Assembly: GCA_964371425.1 (NCBI GenBank)
Contig: CAYJMK010000001.1
Location: 2,454 to 28,302 of the forward strand
Source of the DNA: an uncultured Candidatus Saccharibacteria bacterium
Lineage (GTDB): Bacteria; Patescibacteriota; JABMPQ01; JAGQLO01
DNA: 25,849 nucleotides
Direction: 5' to 3'
The translations under genes were made by a program, and so were the position numbers. The notes beneath the pieces are model-generated. The model did no database searches. It saw only the letters and a program-made list of their open reading frames with translations, and was not told the DNA's origin. Below are positions 1 to 8,436 of this stretch, one piece after another (within the stretch, counting starts at the first letter, position 1; each line of letters begins with the position of its first letter).

Positions 1-1
1 G

Positions 2-349
2 TATACGTTCGTTCAAGGGCCTGCTTTCTGGACGAAGATGCTTGCGGTTGCTGTCTTATTCCTGAATGGACTTGTTTTGAGTGTGTGGGTTCAGCCGGTG
101 ATCGATGCAAGCGTTGGCAAGCCGTTTGGTCCGTTCATTCGGAAACAAAAACGTCAGGGCTTGGTATTGACGTGTGGGGCCATTTCGATGGCTTCGTGGT
201 ATACCGCTTTGATTATTGGTGCGTGGCGCTCGATTCCGTTGGAAGGTTGGCAGTTTCCTGCGGCGTACGCGGTCTTTCTGGTCGTCGCGTTGATCGGGTC
301 ACATCTTGTGCTCAGTCCGCGCTTACTCGGAACAGCTTCTTCTCGCTGA
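2..349 (+). CDS. Multi-pass membrane protein of unknown function, 5'-truncated by the window
   Basis: Frame is open from position 2 (YTFVQGPAFWTKMLAV...) to TGA at 347-349; about 3 hydrophobic segments; first of three tightly packed + strand genes. Confidence 0.7.
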   Translation, partial: YTFVQGPAFWTKMLAVAVLFLNGLVLSVWVQPVIDASVGKPFGPFIRKQKRQGLVLTCGAISMASWYTALIIGAWRSIPLEGWQFPAAYAVFLVVALIGSHLVLSPRLLGTASSR

Positions 350-358
350 TTCGCCTTT

Positions 359-811
359 ATGTCTCTCTCTTCACTTTTCCTCATCCTGCATGTTTTCGGA
401 GGCCTGGTCGGTGTTGCGGCGTCTGCAGCAACAGCGATTTTTTTGGCGAAAGGAAAAGCGGGTGTAGTCCGAGCTACGGCTTCTGCGTTATTAAGTGTCG
501 CGGCGTACATCTCTGCCTGGGTTCTTGGAGGTTGGTACTACTTGCAGACGTATGGTTCAGCGGTGAAGCCGGTTATTAAAGCTGGACGCTACATTCTGGC
601 TCATACGATTGTGATGGAAACAAAAGAACATCTCTTTTTGTTTCTTCCATTCCTTGCGCTGACCTTGTTTCTCACGGTTCGTTCTGTGCGGCGTGGAGCG
701 CATGAGCTCCTTGTTCCTGCTAAGACGCTCGCCCTTCTCTGTACCGTCTTCGGTCTGTTGATGCTGTTCGCCGGTCTGGCGATCTCTGCTGCGTACGAGC
801 TTTCTCGTTAA
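359..811 (+). CDS. 4-TM membrane protein with His residues (H11, H82, H91; GGWYY...AHTIVMETKEHLF motif), function unknown
   Basis: 150-aa ORF, 9 nt after the previous stop; four hydrophobic helices. Confidence 0.8.
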   Translation: MSLSSLFLILHVFGGLVGVAASAATAIFLAKGKAGVVRATASALLSVAAYISAWVLGGWYYLQTYGSAVKPVIKAGRYILAHTIVMETKEHLFLFLPFLALTLFLTVRSVRRGAHELLVPAKTLALLCTVFGLLMLFAGLAISAAYELSR

Positions 812-1149
812 TGTCTTGTATGGCTTCTTCTCCTGATGCATCCGCTCGCATGCTCCGTGCGAGTTCGTACGGAACCATGGCGGCGATTGTCACAGTCCTT
901 ACGTTGACGGTGCTTGCAGAGTTGTCCCAGCCTGTGAAAGACCTGCTGACGCAGACGTTTTTTCACCATTGGGTTGGGAAAAGTGTCTTGGCGGTTCTTG
1001 TCTGGTTAGGTGTGGGTACTCTCACGTGGGCCATTTTTGCACGCACAGATGTGCGTCAAGCGGCACAGACAGTTCGTGTCCTTGTCTCTGTTGCGATTCT
1101 TGGTGCACTCGTTTTAGTTCTGTTTCTTGTTTGGGAAGCGCTTACGTAG
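811..1149 (+). CDS. 3-TM small membrane protein with HHWVGKS motif, function unknown
   Basis: TAATG stop/start overlap at 809-813 (translational coupling; alternative ATG at 820); three hydrophobic helices; followed by a terminator. Confidence 0.75.
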   Translation: MSCMASSPDASARMLRASSYGTMAAIVTVLTLTVLAELSQPVKDLLTQTFFHHWVGKSVLAVLVWLGVGTLTWAIFARTDVRQAAQTVRVLVSVAILGALVLVLFLVWEALT

Positions 1150-1167
1150 CAATTTCTTTCGAGCCGG

Positions 1168-1204
1168 AACATCTCTTCCATGGTGGAAGAGATGTTTTCG
1201 TTTT
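1168..1204. terminator. Intrinsic terminator between convergent genes (clear U-tract on + strand)
   Basis: Perfect 13-bp inverted repeat aacatctcttcca-tgg-tggaagagatgtt (1168-1196) followed by ttcgtttt. Confidence 0.8.
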
Positions 1205-4200
1205 ACGGTTTTTCTGTGCGTGTAGCAGAGGAGAGGAGTGGCAGACTTCCGTCATTTTTGAGGAAGGTGAATTGCAGATGTTCCGGCAGATTTGTCACGT
1301 CTCCGGGGAAATAGAATGAGATCAGACTTTCTTTGTCTGTCTGGAGTGTTTCTGTTCCTTCACAACGCACGACCTTTCCTTGTTCTGAGAGATCACACTC
1401 CCATCCTTTGTAGTAGCCGCGTTCGTTGATGTTGCTCTTGCAGTTGTTTGCGGTCGGGAGCGCAGGTTCTTGCTGAGGCATACGGATTTCGACGCCTCGG
1501 ACGCTTTTCGCAAGGGCTGCGTCAGTGATCTTGAGTCGGATCGTTAAAGCCGTCGTCGTCCTTCCGTTTGCGGTGGTGGTTTCCTTTTTGTAGGACGTTT
1601 TGATGGGACCCTCTGTTGGTTCTGTGGCCTCTGTTGTTCGACGTGTGTCTTGAGGTTGTCTCTGATCCTCCTCTTTTTTCGTGTCTGTCGGTTCTGTCTT
1701 TTTTGGAGGCAGCGAGATTGAAAAGTCTTTCAGCATTTCAATCTCCTGAATCTCACTGAGATCTTTCGGATCAATCGTTGGGGTGCCTTTGTTGTGTTCA
1801 ATCAGGACGCGACATTCCGTAGCGTCTTCAAATGCGGGTTCGTCTGTGTCGTAACTCCATACGGGGAAGGAAAAGAGGGTGAGGTCTTCATTCTCGTGGA
1901 CTTGCAGTGACCGGAATCGTACTTGATTTGGGGCGACTTCTTCCAACATGACTTCCGGTGGATTCTTTTTAGAGAAATGCTTCGCGATTTGGTTTGGTAA
2001 ATACTTTCGATATGAAGGGCCAAGTTCGATTCGATTTGGATCTTTTTCAAAATTATCTGTTCTAACAATCGTAAAGATCACCGATTCTCCATGCCGGATG
2101 ATCGCTATCTCTGGCAAACAAACGGTGGCGGTTGGTTCATCTTCTTCATCCCATCCAAAGAGATCTTGCAACGCACCGATGAGTGTTTCTCCAAGACGAC
2201 GTGTATTTTCTCCATCTTTTGTTTTCTGCGCAGGCTCACCGTCTCCATGCAAAATATAGATGACACAATCCGCTTCTGCTTCGTGTGTTGGATCTGCGTA
2301 GGAAGCGCGAGCTCCTAGGTGGAACACTTCGTACGAATCGGAACCGAGATCATGGACCGTTTGTGATTTCACCGTGTATGTTCCCTTGCCATTTTCTTCA
2401 ACGATGACACTTGGATCTGAGTCATATCGTTCGACTTGTCCTTTGAGATACTGCTTGTAGAAGGGGACAAGATCGATCGATGTCGGTTTCTCTGTGGCTC
2501 CTGTCTTCGACACAAACGAAACCGTTGCTTCTTTGCCATGTTCGATCATGACAACGAGAGGTGAACAAACAAGTCCGTACGGTTTCTCCTCTTCTTTATC
2601 TGTTCCTTCTGCGTTTCCGCCTGTGCGAACCACATCACGATCTTCTCCGTCTGGGAGATCGGGTGGTGGACTGGTGGTACCTGCGTGTTCGATCCAAATC
2701 GTACATCCACCAAGGGCTTCACTGCCGTCTGGATAGGTAGCGATGAAATTCACTGCGTCCGTTTCGAGATGACCCGACCCGTGTATTTTATTCGAGGTGT
2801 AGGAGAATCCTGCTTCTTGTGCGTCTTTGTCGAACCACGTGGCATGCAATGTTCGGCTCTGGTTGAGGGACGCGTCGATTTCTGGGTGCTCTCCTGAAGG
2901 GTCTTCGTCTGCGAATCGGACGGTGTCGAAGTCGAGTGAACCTTTTCCTTTTTTAATCAGGAAATTGACGGTTTGTCCGTGTTTCATATGGACATTCCCA
3001 GGTTCACAGAGGATCACGTGTTGCGTATCTTCCGCTGGCTCTTTCGCGGCGTCATCTCCTGTGCCAGCTACACCCTCTTTTCCCGCTCCATCTTTTGGTC
3101 CGGTTGTATCCGTTGGTTCTTTCGGCGTTCCAGGTTCTTCTGTTATCTTCTCGCCTCCCGTCACGTCTGATTCTTTCTTGGTCCCGTCGTCTTTTGGTGG
3201 AGGAACGACACCATCTGTCCCTGTGTCAGCTACTCCTGTTTTATCCGTCCCAGCATCTTTTTTGATGGTATCCGTTGCTGTGTCTGGCGTTCGTTTTTCT
3301 GCTGCGCCTGAACCAGCGTCCACGGCTGGGGGTTCAATGCTTTCGTCTTTCTTGTCGCCGGTTTTGTCATCTGCGCCAGCTGTTTTTTTCTCCCCATCCT
3401 TCGTGTCTGTACTTGCATTTCCCGCTCCACTCTTTGTCTGAACCGTCGGCTCTTTCTCTTTTTCCGGTTTTCGTGGTGGTTCCTCCACGCTTTGCTCCTT
3501 ATGAACAATCCAAACCGTGCAATCTTTGATGATGCTGGCTTCTTTTCCGAATCGAACACGCATCGGAATTGTTTCTACGTCCACCTGTTTACTGGCATGT
3601 TTTACAAGCGAGACAACTTCGTAACTCATCGCACCTGTTTTTGTGATCGTTCTTTTCTTGTCTTTCTTTCGGAAACCGATCGGGAGTTCTGTGTCTGTGA
3701 TGGGTATCGAACCTTTTGCAGTAGAGATGGTAAAGGTTCCTTTTGTGCCATGTTGTATGACCAGCGGATCAGGTTCACAGATGGCGCCGAATGCTTTGTC
3801 CGTTGGTGTGTCTGGTGGGAGTGCATGATGCGGCCCGTAATCTTCGACTTCTCCAGATGCAAACGCTCCACTTCCGTCTTCGGCCTTTGCTTGTTCGTTC
3901 AGGCTGATCACGGCTCGATACCAGAGATCTTCCGTTTCTCCTCCAGCTCGGAATTGTAAGCCATAGAGCTGAATGTCTTGTTCTTGTTTGGAGAGATCAA
4001 TCGGGAAGTTGCGCACGACCCATTCAGGTGCACATTGATCTCTTCCTCCCCAACGACCGTTTTTATCCCAGTCGAAATAGAGGTTGAGATAGGCAGTTCC
4101 TGTGGTCTTTCCGGGATGACGTACATGGACTGCCACTTCTGCCGTACTTGTTTGACAACGCTGCAGGTCAACGGCAACACCATCGTCGTATTCATCTTTG

Positions 4201-4571
4201 TCTGTCATGTTTGGTTCCCCTTCCCGATTCACCTTTTCGCCGAGCCAAACCTCTGATGTCTTTTTTGTGCGAGCACCGTTTGAGGCTGTGGTCGTCTTAA
4301 ACGTTCCTTGCATCACGCCGACCAGATAGCCTGTTGGGCGTCCGTCTGGCGCGTCACCAAAATCGAACGGGTCTGTGAGGCTCTCCCAGGAGTTATAATC
4401 TGTCCCGAGGAAGGAAATAAATCTATTTCCGTCTCCAAAATTGTACGTATCTTCATCGTTATTCCCGGATGAGCAGCCCACACCGAGGAGTGATAGACCG
4501 CCAACAGCGATGAGAGCGAAGAAGATGCTTCTTGGTTGCATAGGGTTTTGTTTGCGCGATTCACGCGACAT
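1203..4571 (-). CDS. Large secreted, probably lipid-anchored surface protein: GEVED-type domain, 4 Cys/His repeat domains, charged low-complexity linker and C-terminal Ig-like domain
   Basis: 1122-aa ORF; N-terminal hydrophobic stretch ending LLGVG-C (alternative start MQPRS); DFGDAP at aa 70 and GEVEDY at aa 240; D/E/K/T/G/P-rich linker at about aa 358-520. Confidence 0.85.
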   Translation of the reverse strand: MSRESRKQNPMQPRSIFFALIAVGGLSLLGVGCSSGNNDEDTYNFGDGNRFISFLGTDYNSWESLTDPFDFGDAPDGRPTGYLVGVMQGTFKTTTASNGARTKKTSEVWLGEKVNREGEPNMTDKDEYDDGVAVDLQRCQTSTAEVAVHVRHPGKTTGTAYLNLYFDWDKNGRWGGRDQCAPEWVVRNFPIDLSKQEQDIQLYGLQFRAGGETEDLWYRAVISLNEQAKAEDGSGAFASGEVEDYGPHHALPPDTPTDKAFGAICEPDPLVIQHGTKGTFTISTAKGSIPITDTELPIGFRKKDKKRTITKTGAMSYEVVSLVKHASKQVDVETIPMRVRFGKEASIIKDCTVWIVHKEQSVEEPPRKPEKEKEPTVQTKSGAGNASTDTKDGEKKTAGADDKTGDKKDESIEPPAVDAGSGAAEKRTPDTATDTIKKDAGTDKTGVADTGTDGVVPPPKDDGTKKESDVTGGEKITEEPGTPKEPTDTTGPKDGAGKEGVAGTGDDAAKEPAEDTQHVILCEPGNVHMKHGQTVNFLIKKGKGSLDFDTVRFADEDPSGEHPEIDASLNQSRTLHATWFDKDAQEAGFSYTSNKIHGSGHLETDAVNFIATYPDGSEALGGCTIWIEHAGTTSPPPDLPDGEDRDVVRTGGNAEGTDKEEEKPYGLVCSPLVVMIEHGKEATVSFVSKTGATEKPTSIDLVPFYKQYLKGQVERYDSDPSVIVEENGKGTYTVKSQTVHDLGSDSYEVFHLGARASYADPTHEAEADCVIYILHGDGEPAQKTKDGENTRRLGETLIGALQDLFGWDEEDEPTATVCLPEIAIIRHGESVIFTIVRTDNFEKDPNRIELGPSYRKYLPNQIAKHFSKKNPPEVMLEEVAPNQVRFRSLQVHENEDLTLFSFPVWSYDTDEPAFEDATECRVLIEHNKGTPTIDPKDLSEIQEIEMLKDFSISLPPKKTEPTDTKKEEDQRQPQDTRRTTEATEPTEGPIKTSYKKETTTANGRTTTALTIRLKITDAALAKSVRGVEIRMPQQEPALPTANNCKSNINERGYYKGWECDLSEQGKVVRCEGTETLQTDKESLISFYFPGDVTNLPEHLQFTFLKNDGSLPLLSSATRTEKP
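1794..3779 (-). repeat. Four protein-level repeats of 93-109 aa inside the 1122-aa protein (nt 3501-3779, 2685-3008, 2247-2567, 1794-2120)
   Basis: Each copy has C-x-P-x6-H-G ... S-x3-H ... C-x5-H; alignment read by eye from the translation. Confidence 0.85.
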
Positions 4572-4604
4572 GTGTTCAGTCTACACCTGTCTCTCCTTTT
4601 TGTG

Positions 4605-4636
4605 AAAAACAACACGCCCGTTTGGGCGTGTTGTTT
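4605..4636 (-). terminator. Intrinsic terminator downstream of rpmB
   Basis: 13-bp inverted repeat aaacaacacgccc-gttt-gggcgtgttgttt (4607-4636); on the minus strand the GC stem is followed by a U5 tract. Confidence 0.8.
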
Positions 4637-4663
4637 GTATCGTATGCGATTTTCTCTTTCTGA

Positions 4664-4843
4664 CTAGGTGATTTTGCTCTTTACGTCTGATTTTAGGCAG
4701 CGAACGCAGATGCTTGTGATCTTGCCGCTGACGCGTCGGGTCTGCACATTCAAATGCTGGCGACGTTTGGTCGCAATATGGGAATGGCTTCGGGAAACCA
4801 TGTTGGCGGGTTTTCGGGCGCAGGTGTCGCAGCGGCGGGACAT
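4664..4843 (-). CDS. rpmB: 50S ribosomal protein bL28 (Zn-ribbon CxxC...CxxC form)
   Basis: MSRRCDTCARKP...VSRSHSHIATKRRQHLNVQ...ICVRCLKS is a typical L28; true ATG is at 4843 inside the longer tracked ORF. Confidence 0.93.
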   Translation of the reverse strand: MSRRCDTCARKPANMVSRSHSHIATKRRQHLNVQTRRVSGKITSICVRCLKSDVKSKIT

Positions 4844-4876
4844 AGACAGAGAATAAGTTGGCAGCAATGCCGCATC

Positions 4877-4905
4877 AAGATACGATAGCTTTCGATTCCT
4901 GGCAA
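4877..4905 (-). promoter_or_regulatory. sigma70-type promoter of rpmB
   Basis: Minus strand TTGCCA-17 nt-TATCTT; the -10 box ends about 33 nt upstream of the ATG. Confidence 0.6.
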
Positions 4906-4963
4906 GGCTCTCATTTACCTTTTCCTGTAGAAGCATCTCTTTGTCCTTCTTTTTCTTCCAGCC

Positions 4964-5593
4964 ATGATTCTTACCCTCCTGTTCTCTGATCCGCTCATTT
5001 TCTTTGCTTGGGCTGTTTCCATGATCCTGGCGATTAGTGTCCACGAATTTTCTCATGCCGCTGCCGCCACCTATTTAGGTGATCCAACCGCACGTTTGCA
5101 GGGTCGTTTCACGTTGAGCCCGTTTTCACATCTGGATCCTGTCGGCACGATTCTGATGCTGACAATTGGCTTTGGGTGGGGGAAACCAGTTCCATTCAAT
5201 CCCTACAACTTAAAGTATCCGCGCTTTGGTCCTGCGTTGGTTTCCCTTGCTGGACCTTTGTCGAACTTCTTGATGGCGACAGTCGCTGTGCTGTTCCTGA
5301 AATACGGCTATCCGCTCACGGGCCTGCCGGACACAAACGGTCTTCGACGCTTGGTAGAACTCTTGATCATGATCAATGCAGGATTGATGGTGTTCAACTT
5401 CTTCCCGTTGCCACCGCTCGACGGATCTAAGGCATTTTTTGCCATTCTTCCTGAGCGATTCGACAATGTGCGGATGTTTTTGGAGAAGTATGGGTTCTAT
5501 ATTCTGATTGGACTCATGGTTTTCTTTCCGGGACTCTTCGATGCGGTGTATGGTGGGGCTCTTTCGGTGATTGATGCGTTCATGGCGCTGTAG
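4964..5593 (+). CDS. Site-2 protease family (M50) intramembrane zinc metalloprotease, short form without PDZ/CBS
   Basis: HEFSH (HExxH), GWGKPV, AGPLSN and NFFPLPPLDG motifs; multiple TM helices. Confidence 0.92.
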   Translation: MILTLLFSDPLIFFAWAVSMILAISVHEFSHAAAATYLGDPTARLQGRFTLSPFSHLDPVGTILMLTIGFGWGKPVPFNPYNLKYPRFGPALVSLAGPLSNFLMATVAVLFLKYGYPLTGLPDTNGLRRLVELLIMINAGLMVFNFFPLPPLDGSKAFFAILPERFDNVRMFLEKYGFYILIGLMVFFPGLFDAVYGGALSVIDAFMAL

Positions 5594-5634
5594 AGCTTTT
5601 GCTCAACCACGGGCTGTTTTCTGTCCTGGGCTTC

Positions 5635-5663
5635 TTGACGCATTTGCGTGTCTCCCGTAAGAT
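5635..5663 (+). promoter_or_regulatory. sigma70-type promoter of rpsL-rpsG
   Basis: TTGACG-17 nt-TAAGAT; the -10 box ends 12 nt before the rpsL ATG. Confidence 0.75.
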
Positions 5664-5675
5664 TCTGACCTGACT

Positions 5676-6107
5676 ATGCCAACGATCCACCAACTCGTGC
5701 GACGCCCCCGTCGGTCGCTTCGCTCTAAGTCTAAGTCACCTGCGCTCATGCGCCGGTTTGATTCGTTGCACAAGAAGCCGAGTGTTCTCCGGAAAGGCTC
5801 TCCCTTCATGCGTGGTGTGTGTGTCCGTGTGACCACCACAACGCCAAAGAAGCCAAACTCTGCTCTCCGAAAGATTGCTCGTGTTCGTTTGACGAACGGC
5901 ATGGAAGTGACGGCTTATATTCCGGGTGAAGGTCACAACTTGCAGGAACACTCTATTGTCACCATCCGTGGTGGCCGTGTGAAAGACTTGCCAGGTGTGC
6001 GTTATCACATTGTCCGTGGTGTGTTGGACACGTCCGGCGTGGATGGTCGCAAACAGGGTCGTTCCCGTTACGGAGCGAAGAAGTCTTCTGGTGCCGGCAA
6101 GAAATAA
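5676..6107 (+). CDS. rpsL: 30S ribosomal protein uS12
   Basis: [22 protein letters not shown] and [13 protein letters not shown] motifs. Confidence 0.99.
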   Translation: MPTIHQLVRRPRRSLRSKSKSPALMRRFDSLHKKPSVLRKGSPFMRGVCVRVTTTTPKKPNSALRKIARVRLTNGMEVTAYIPGEGHNLQEHSIVTIRGGRVKDLPGVRYHIVRGVLDTSGVDGRKQGRSRYGAKKSSGAGKK

Positions 6108-6113
6108 TCTCCT

Positions 6114-6584
6114 ATGGCTCGTCGCTCTCGTGCTATCCGTCGTCCAACCGTTGCTGATCCGCGCTTCCACAGCGAGTCTGTTGCACGTCTTATCAACTAC
6201 TTGATGGAAGGTGGCAAGAAGTCTGTTGCCTCCAGTGTCGTCTACGGTGCCATGGATATGGTTGCTGAAAAAACGAAGTCGGAACCGCTCGAAGTGTTCG
6301 ACAAAGCGATGCGGAATGTGGCACCAGCGCTTGAAGTGAAAGGTCGTCGTGTGGGTGGAGCCAACTACCAGGTTCCGTTTGAAGTGAAAGGTCACCGCCG
6401 TACGATGCTAGCCTTCCGTTGGATCTTGGATGCTGCTCGCAGCAAAAAAGGTGCCCCCATGGCAGAGCGTTTAGCGCGTGAATTGGTGGAAGCATCCCGT
6501 GGGGAAGGTGCTGCCATGAAGAAGCGTGAAGACGTTCAGAAGATGGCAGAAGCCAACCGAGCGTTTGCTCACTTCGCTCGCTGA
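6114..6584 (+). CDS. rpsG: 30S ribosomal protein uS7
   Basis: RRVGGANYQVP and KMAEANRAFAHF motifs; directly follows rpsL. Confidence 0.99.
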   Translation: MARRSRAIRRPTVADPRFHSESVARLINYLMEGGKKSVASSVVYGAMDMVAEKTKSEPLEVFDKAMRNVAPALEVKGRRVGGANYQVPFEVKGHRRTMLAFRWILDAARSKKGAPMAERLARELVEASRGEGAAMKKREDVQKMAEANRAFAHFAR

Positions 6585-6603
6585 TTCCATTTGATCTTGG
6601 TGT

Positions 6604-6634
6604 GAACGACGCGCTCTGGCGCGTCGTTCGTTTT
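6604..6634 (+). terminator. Intrinsic terminator after rpsG
   Basis: Perfect 11-bp stem gaacgacgcgc-tctg-gcgcgtcgttc followed by gtttt. Confidence 0.75.
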
Positions 6635-6699
6635 GCGTAGAGTCCGAATCTGTTTTGTGCTATCTTTTCTGTACGCATCACGCATCCAGAAATCAACAC

Positions 6700-8427
6700 A
6701 TGCCTCGTTCGTCTCCTGCCTCTGTCTCTGTATCCCATGCACTCCTTCCGCAAACGGAAGATGTCTTTGTGCAAGCCAAGGGTGGCATCTTAATCTCGCC
6801 TGATCAGCTTGCACACGTTGAGCGAGCCTACACAAAGGCGACGCGTTCGCGTGATCGTCGTGGTCCCGGTTCTCTTGCTGGACAGCGTCATGGTGTGTCA
6901 TGGCGTGTCGGTTTTATTGTATTCGGTGTTCTTTTTATGATCGGATTGGGCGGTGCTGGTTATTACATGCTTCAGCGCACCAAACCGCTTTCTTCATATG
7001 GTTCTCTCTTTCCGCAAAGCGACGACTTGGCGGTATCTTCAAAAAAACCTGAAGTCACGTTAGATGATTATTCTTCTGGTTTGAATGAGTTTTCGCGCAC
7101 CTTCCAGCAGCCTGATGCAGATCGCGATGGAGATGGTCTGACGGAAGAACAAGAAAATGAGCAAGGGACCGACCCTCTCAATGCTGATACCGATGATGAT
7201 GGATATACAGATGGGGAAGAAGTGAAGAATGGCTACCCACCGACAATACCTGCACCCATTGCAAAGTCCATGACAGTAAAAACGAATACTGATGCGGTCT
7301 ATGAACAGACAGAGACAGGACTTTCTTTTCACTATCCTGCAGGAACGAAACTTTCTGCGCCGGTGATTGTGGATGGCGAGATTGCTGAAGGAACCGACGT
7401 TCGTTTTCCTTATTTAAAAGTGTTTGAGATTTCAACGTTGACGGATCCCACCTCACCTTTTGGATTCATTCCGCTCGTATCATGGCAAGAAGCGCGTCAG
7501 CTTTTGGACGCTGTCGATGTTCCTTCGGCATCTTTGTCGACCGTGAAGGCTGTGATTCCGATTTATGGCGATTTTCTGGTTGGGGATGGTGCGAAGCCGG
7601 TGTTTTTAGAAGGTTCTGTCTTTACAGCGGCCTCGCGTGCTCGTGCGTACGAAGGGTATTACACGCTGGATGAGGGTGATCCACAGCCCACGCTTGCTCG
7701 CGTGACAACGTTTATTGAGAACGATCGTTTCTCGTATCAGTTTATTGCGTTCTTCCGTGGGAAAACGATTTCTCCCGCAGATCTTTTAGCGCAGTTACGT
7801 GCGGGTTCTGCTTCTTCGGATCTGCAAGCTGCGTATGATTTGTATGGAACGATCATTGCTTCTGTCGATATTGCGCGTGCGACAAAACCTGTTGCTCCTG
7901 TGGCGGCCACGGTTCCTACTGTTGAACCTTCTCAGCCGTCTTCTCCTTCCTCTATTCCTTCTTCTTCGGTCCTTTCAAGCGCTCAAGAGATTTTCGATAC
8001 GTTTCTTGCGAAACCAGATACAACGTCCTGGCAGAACTTTAAGCCGGCGCGTATGCCTCTTTCCTTCAAGCTTCCTCCTTCTTGGTATTACGCTGACTGT
8101 GGGGCGCGTGTTGGCCTACACTCCTCTTCGGTCAATGACTTCTGTACCGATCAAGATGCATCTCTTGTTATTGAGGTTTCGGATACAGCTCCAGATGTGA
8201 TTGCTGCACAACGTGTCTCTGTTCTCCAAATGCCTGTTTCTTCTTCTGTTGTCTTGTCTGGATTGTCCGCGCAACGTGTTCAAGGAAAAGAGCAAGGGAA
8301 TGATGTTGATTTGGTTGTGTTTGCTCGCGATCGTAAGACCTACGTTTTTTCGTTCACTGGTGCTTCTTCTGACGATCTTGCCCATGTGGATGTTTTTGCG
8401 GGACTTCTTGCCACCCTGCATTTTTAG
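6700..8427 (+). CDS. Single-pass membrane-anchored surface protein with a TSP3-like acidic Ca-binding motif and two PsbP-like segments
   Basis: ATG at 6700 preferred over the tracked 6655; TM VGFIVFGVLFMIGLGGAGYYML; DxDxDGL...GTDPLNADTDDDGYTDGEE; motifs YEQTETGLSFHYP and WQNFKPARMPLSFKLPPSW. Confidence 0.8.
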   Translation: MPRSSPASVSVSHALLPQTEDVFVQAKGGILISPDQLAHVERAYTKATRSRDRRGPGSLAGQRHGVSWRVGFIVFGVLFMIGLGGAGYYMLQRTKPLSSYGSLFPQSDDLAVSSKKPEVTLDDYSSGLNEFSRTFQQPDADRDGDGLTEEQENEQGTDPLNADTDDDGYTDGEEVKNGYPPTIPAPIAKSMTVKTNTDAVYEQTETGLSFHYPAGTKLSAPVIVDGEIAEGTDVRFPYLKVFEISTLTDPTSPFGFIPLVSWQEARQLLDAVDVPSASLSTVKAVIPIYGDFLVGDGAKPVFLEGSVFTAASRARAYEGYYTLDEGDPQPTLARVTTFIENDRFSYQFIAFFRGKTISPADLLAQLRAGSASSDLQAAYDLYGTIIASVDIARATKPVAPVAATVPTVEPSQPSSPSSIPSSSVLSSAQEIFDTFLAKPDTTSWQNFKPARMPLSFKLPPSWYYADCGARVGLHSSSVNDFCTDQDASLVIEVSDTAPDVIAAQRVSVLQMPVSSSVVLSGLSAQRVQGKEQGNDVDLVVFARDRKTYVFSFTGASSDDLAHVDVFAGLLATLHF

Positions 8428-8436
8428 AAGTGTGCG

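Noticed and set aside
4664-4843. Zinc-ribbon L28 as a novelty
   Set aside because: C+ L28 forms are common.
4844-5056. Upstream extension of the rpmB ORF
   Set aside because: It runs through the rpmB promoter and antisense to the protease gene; L28 homology starts at 4843.
5676-6107. Streptomycin-resistance allele of rpsL
   Set aside because: PKKPNS and RVKDLPG are wild type.
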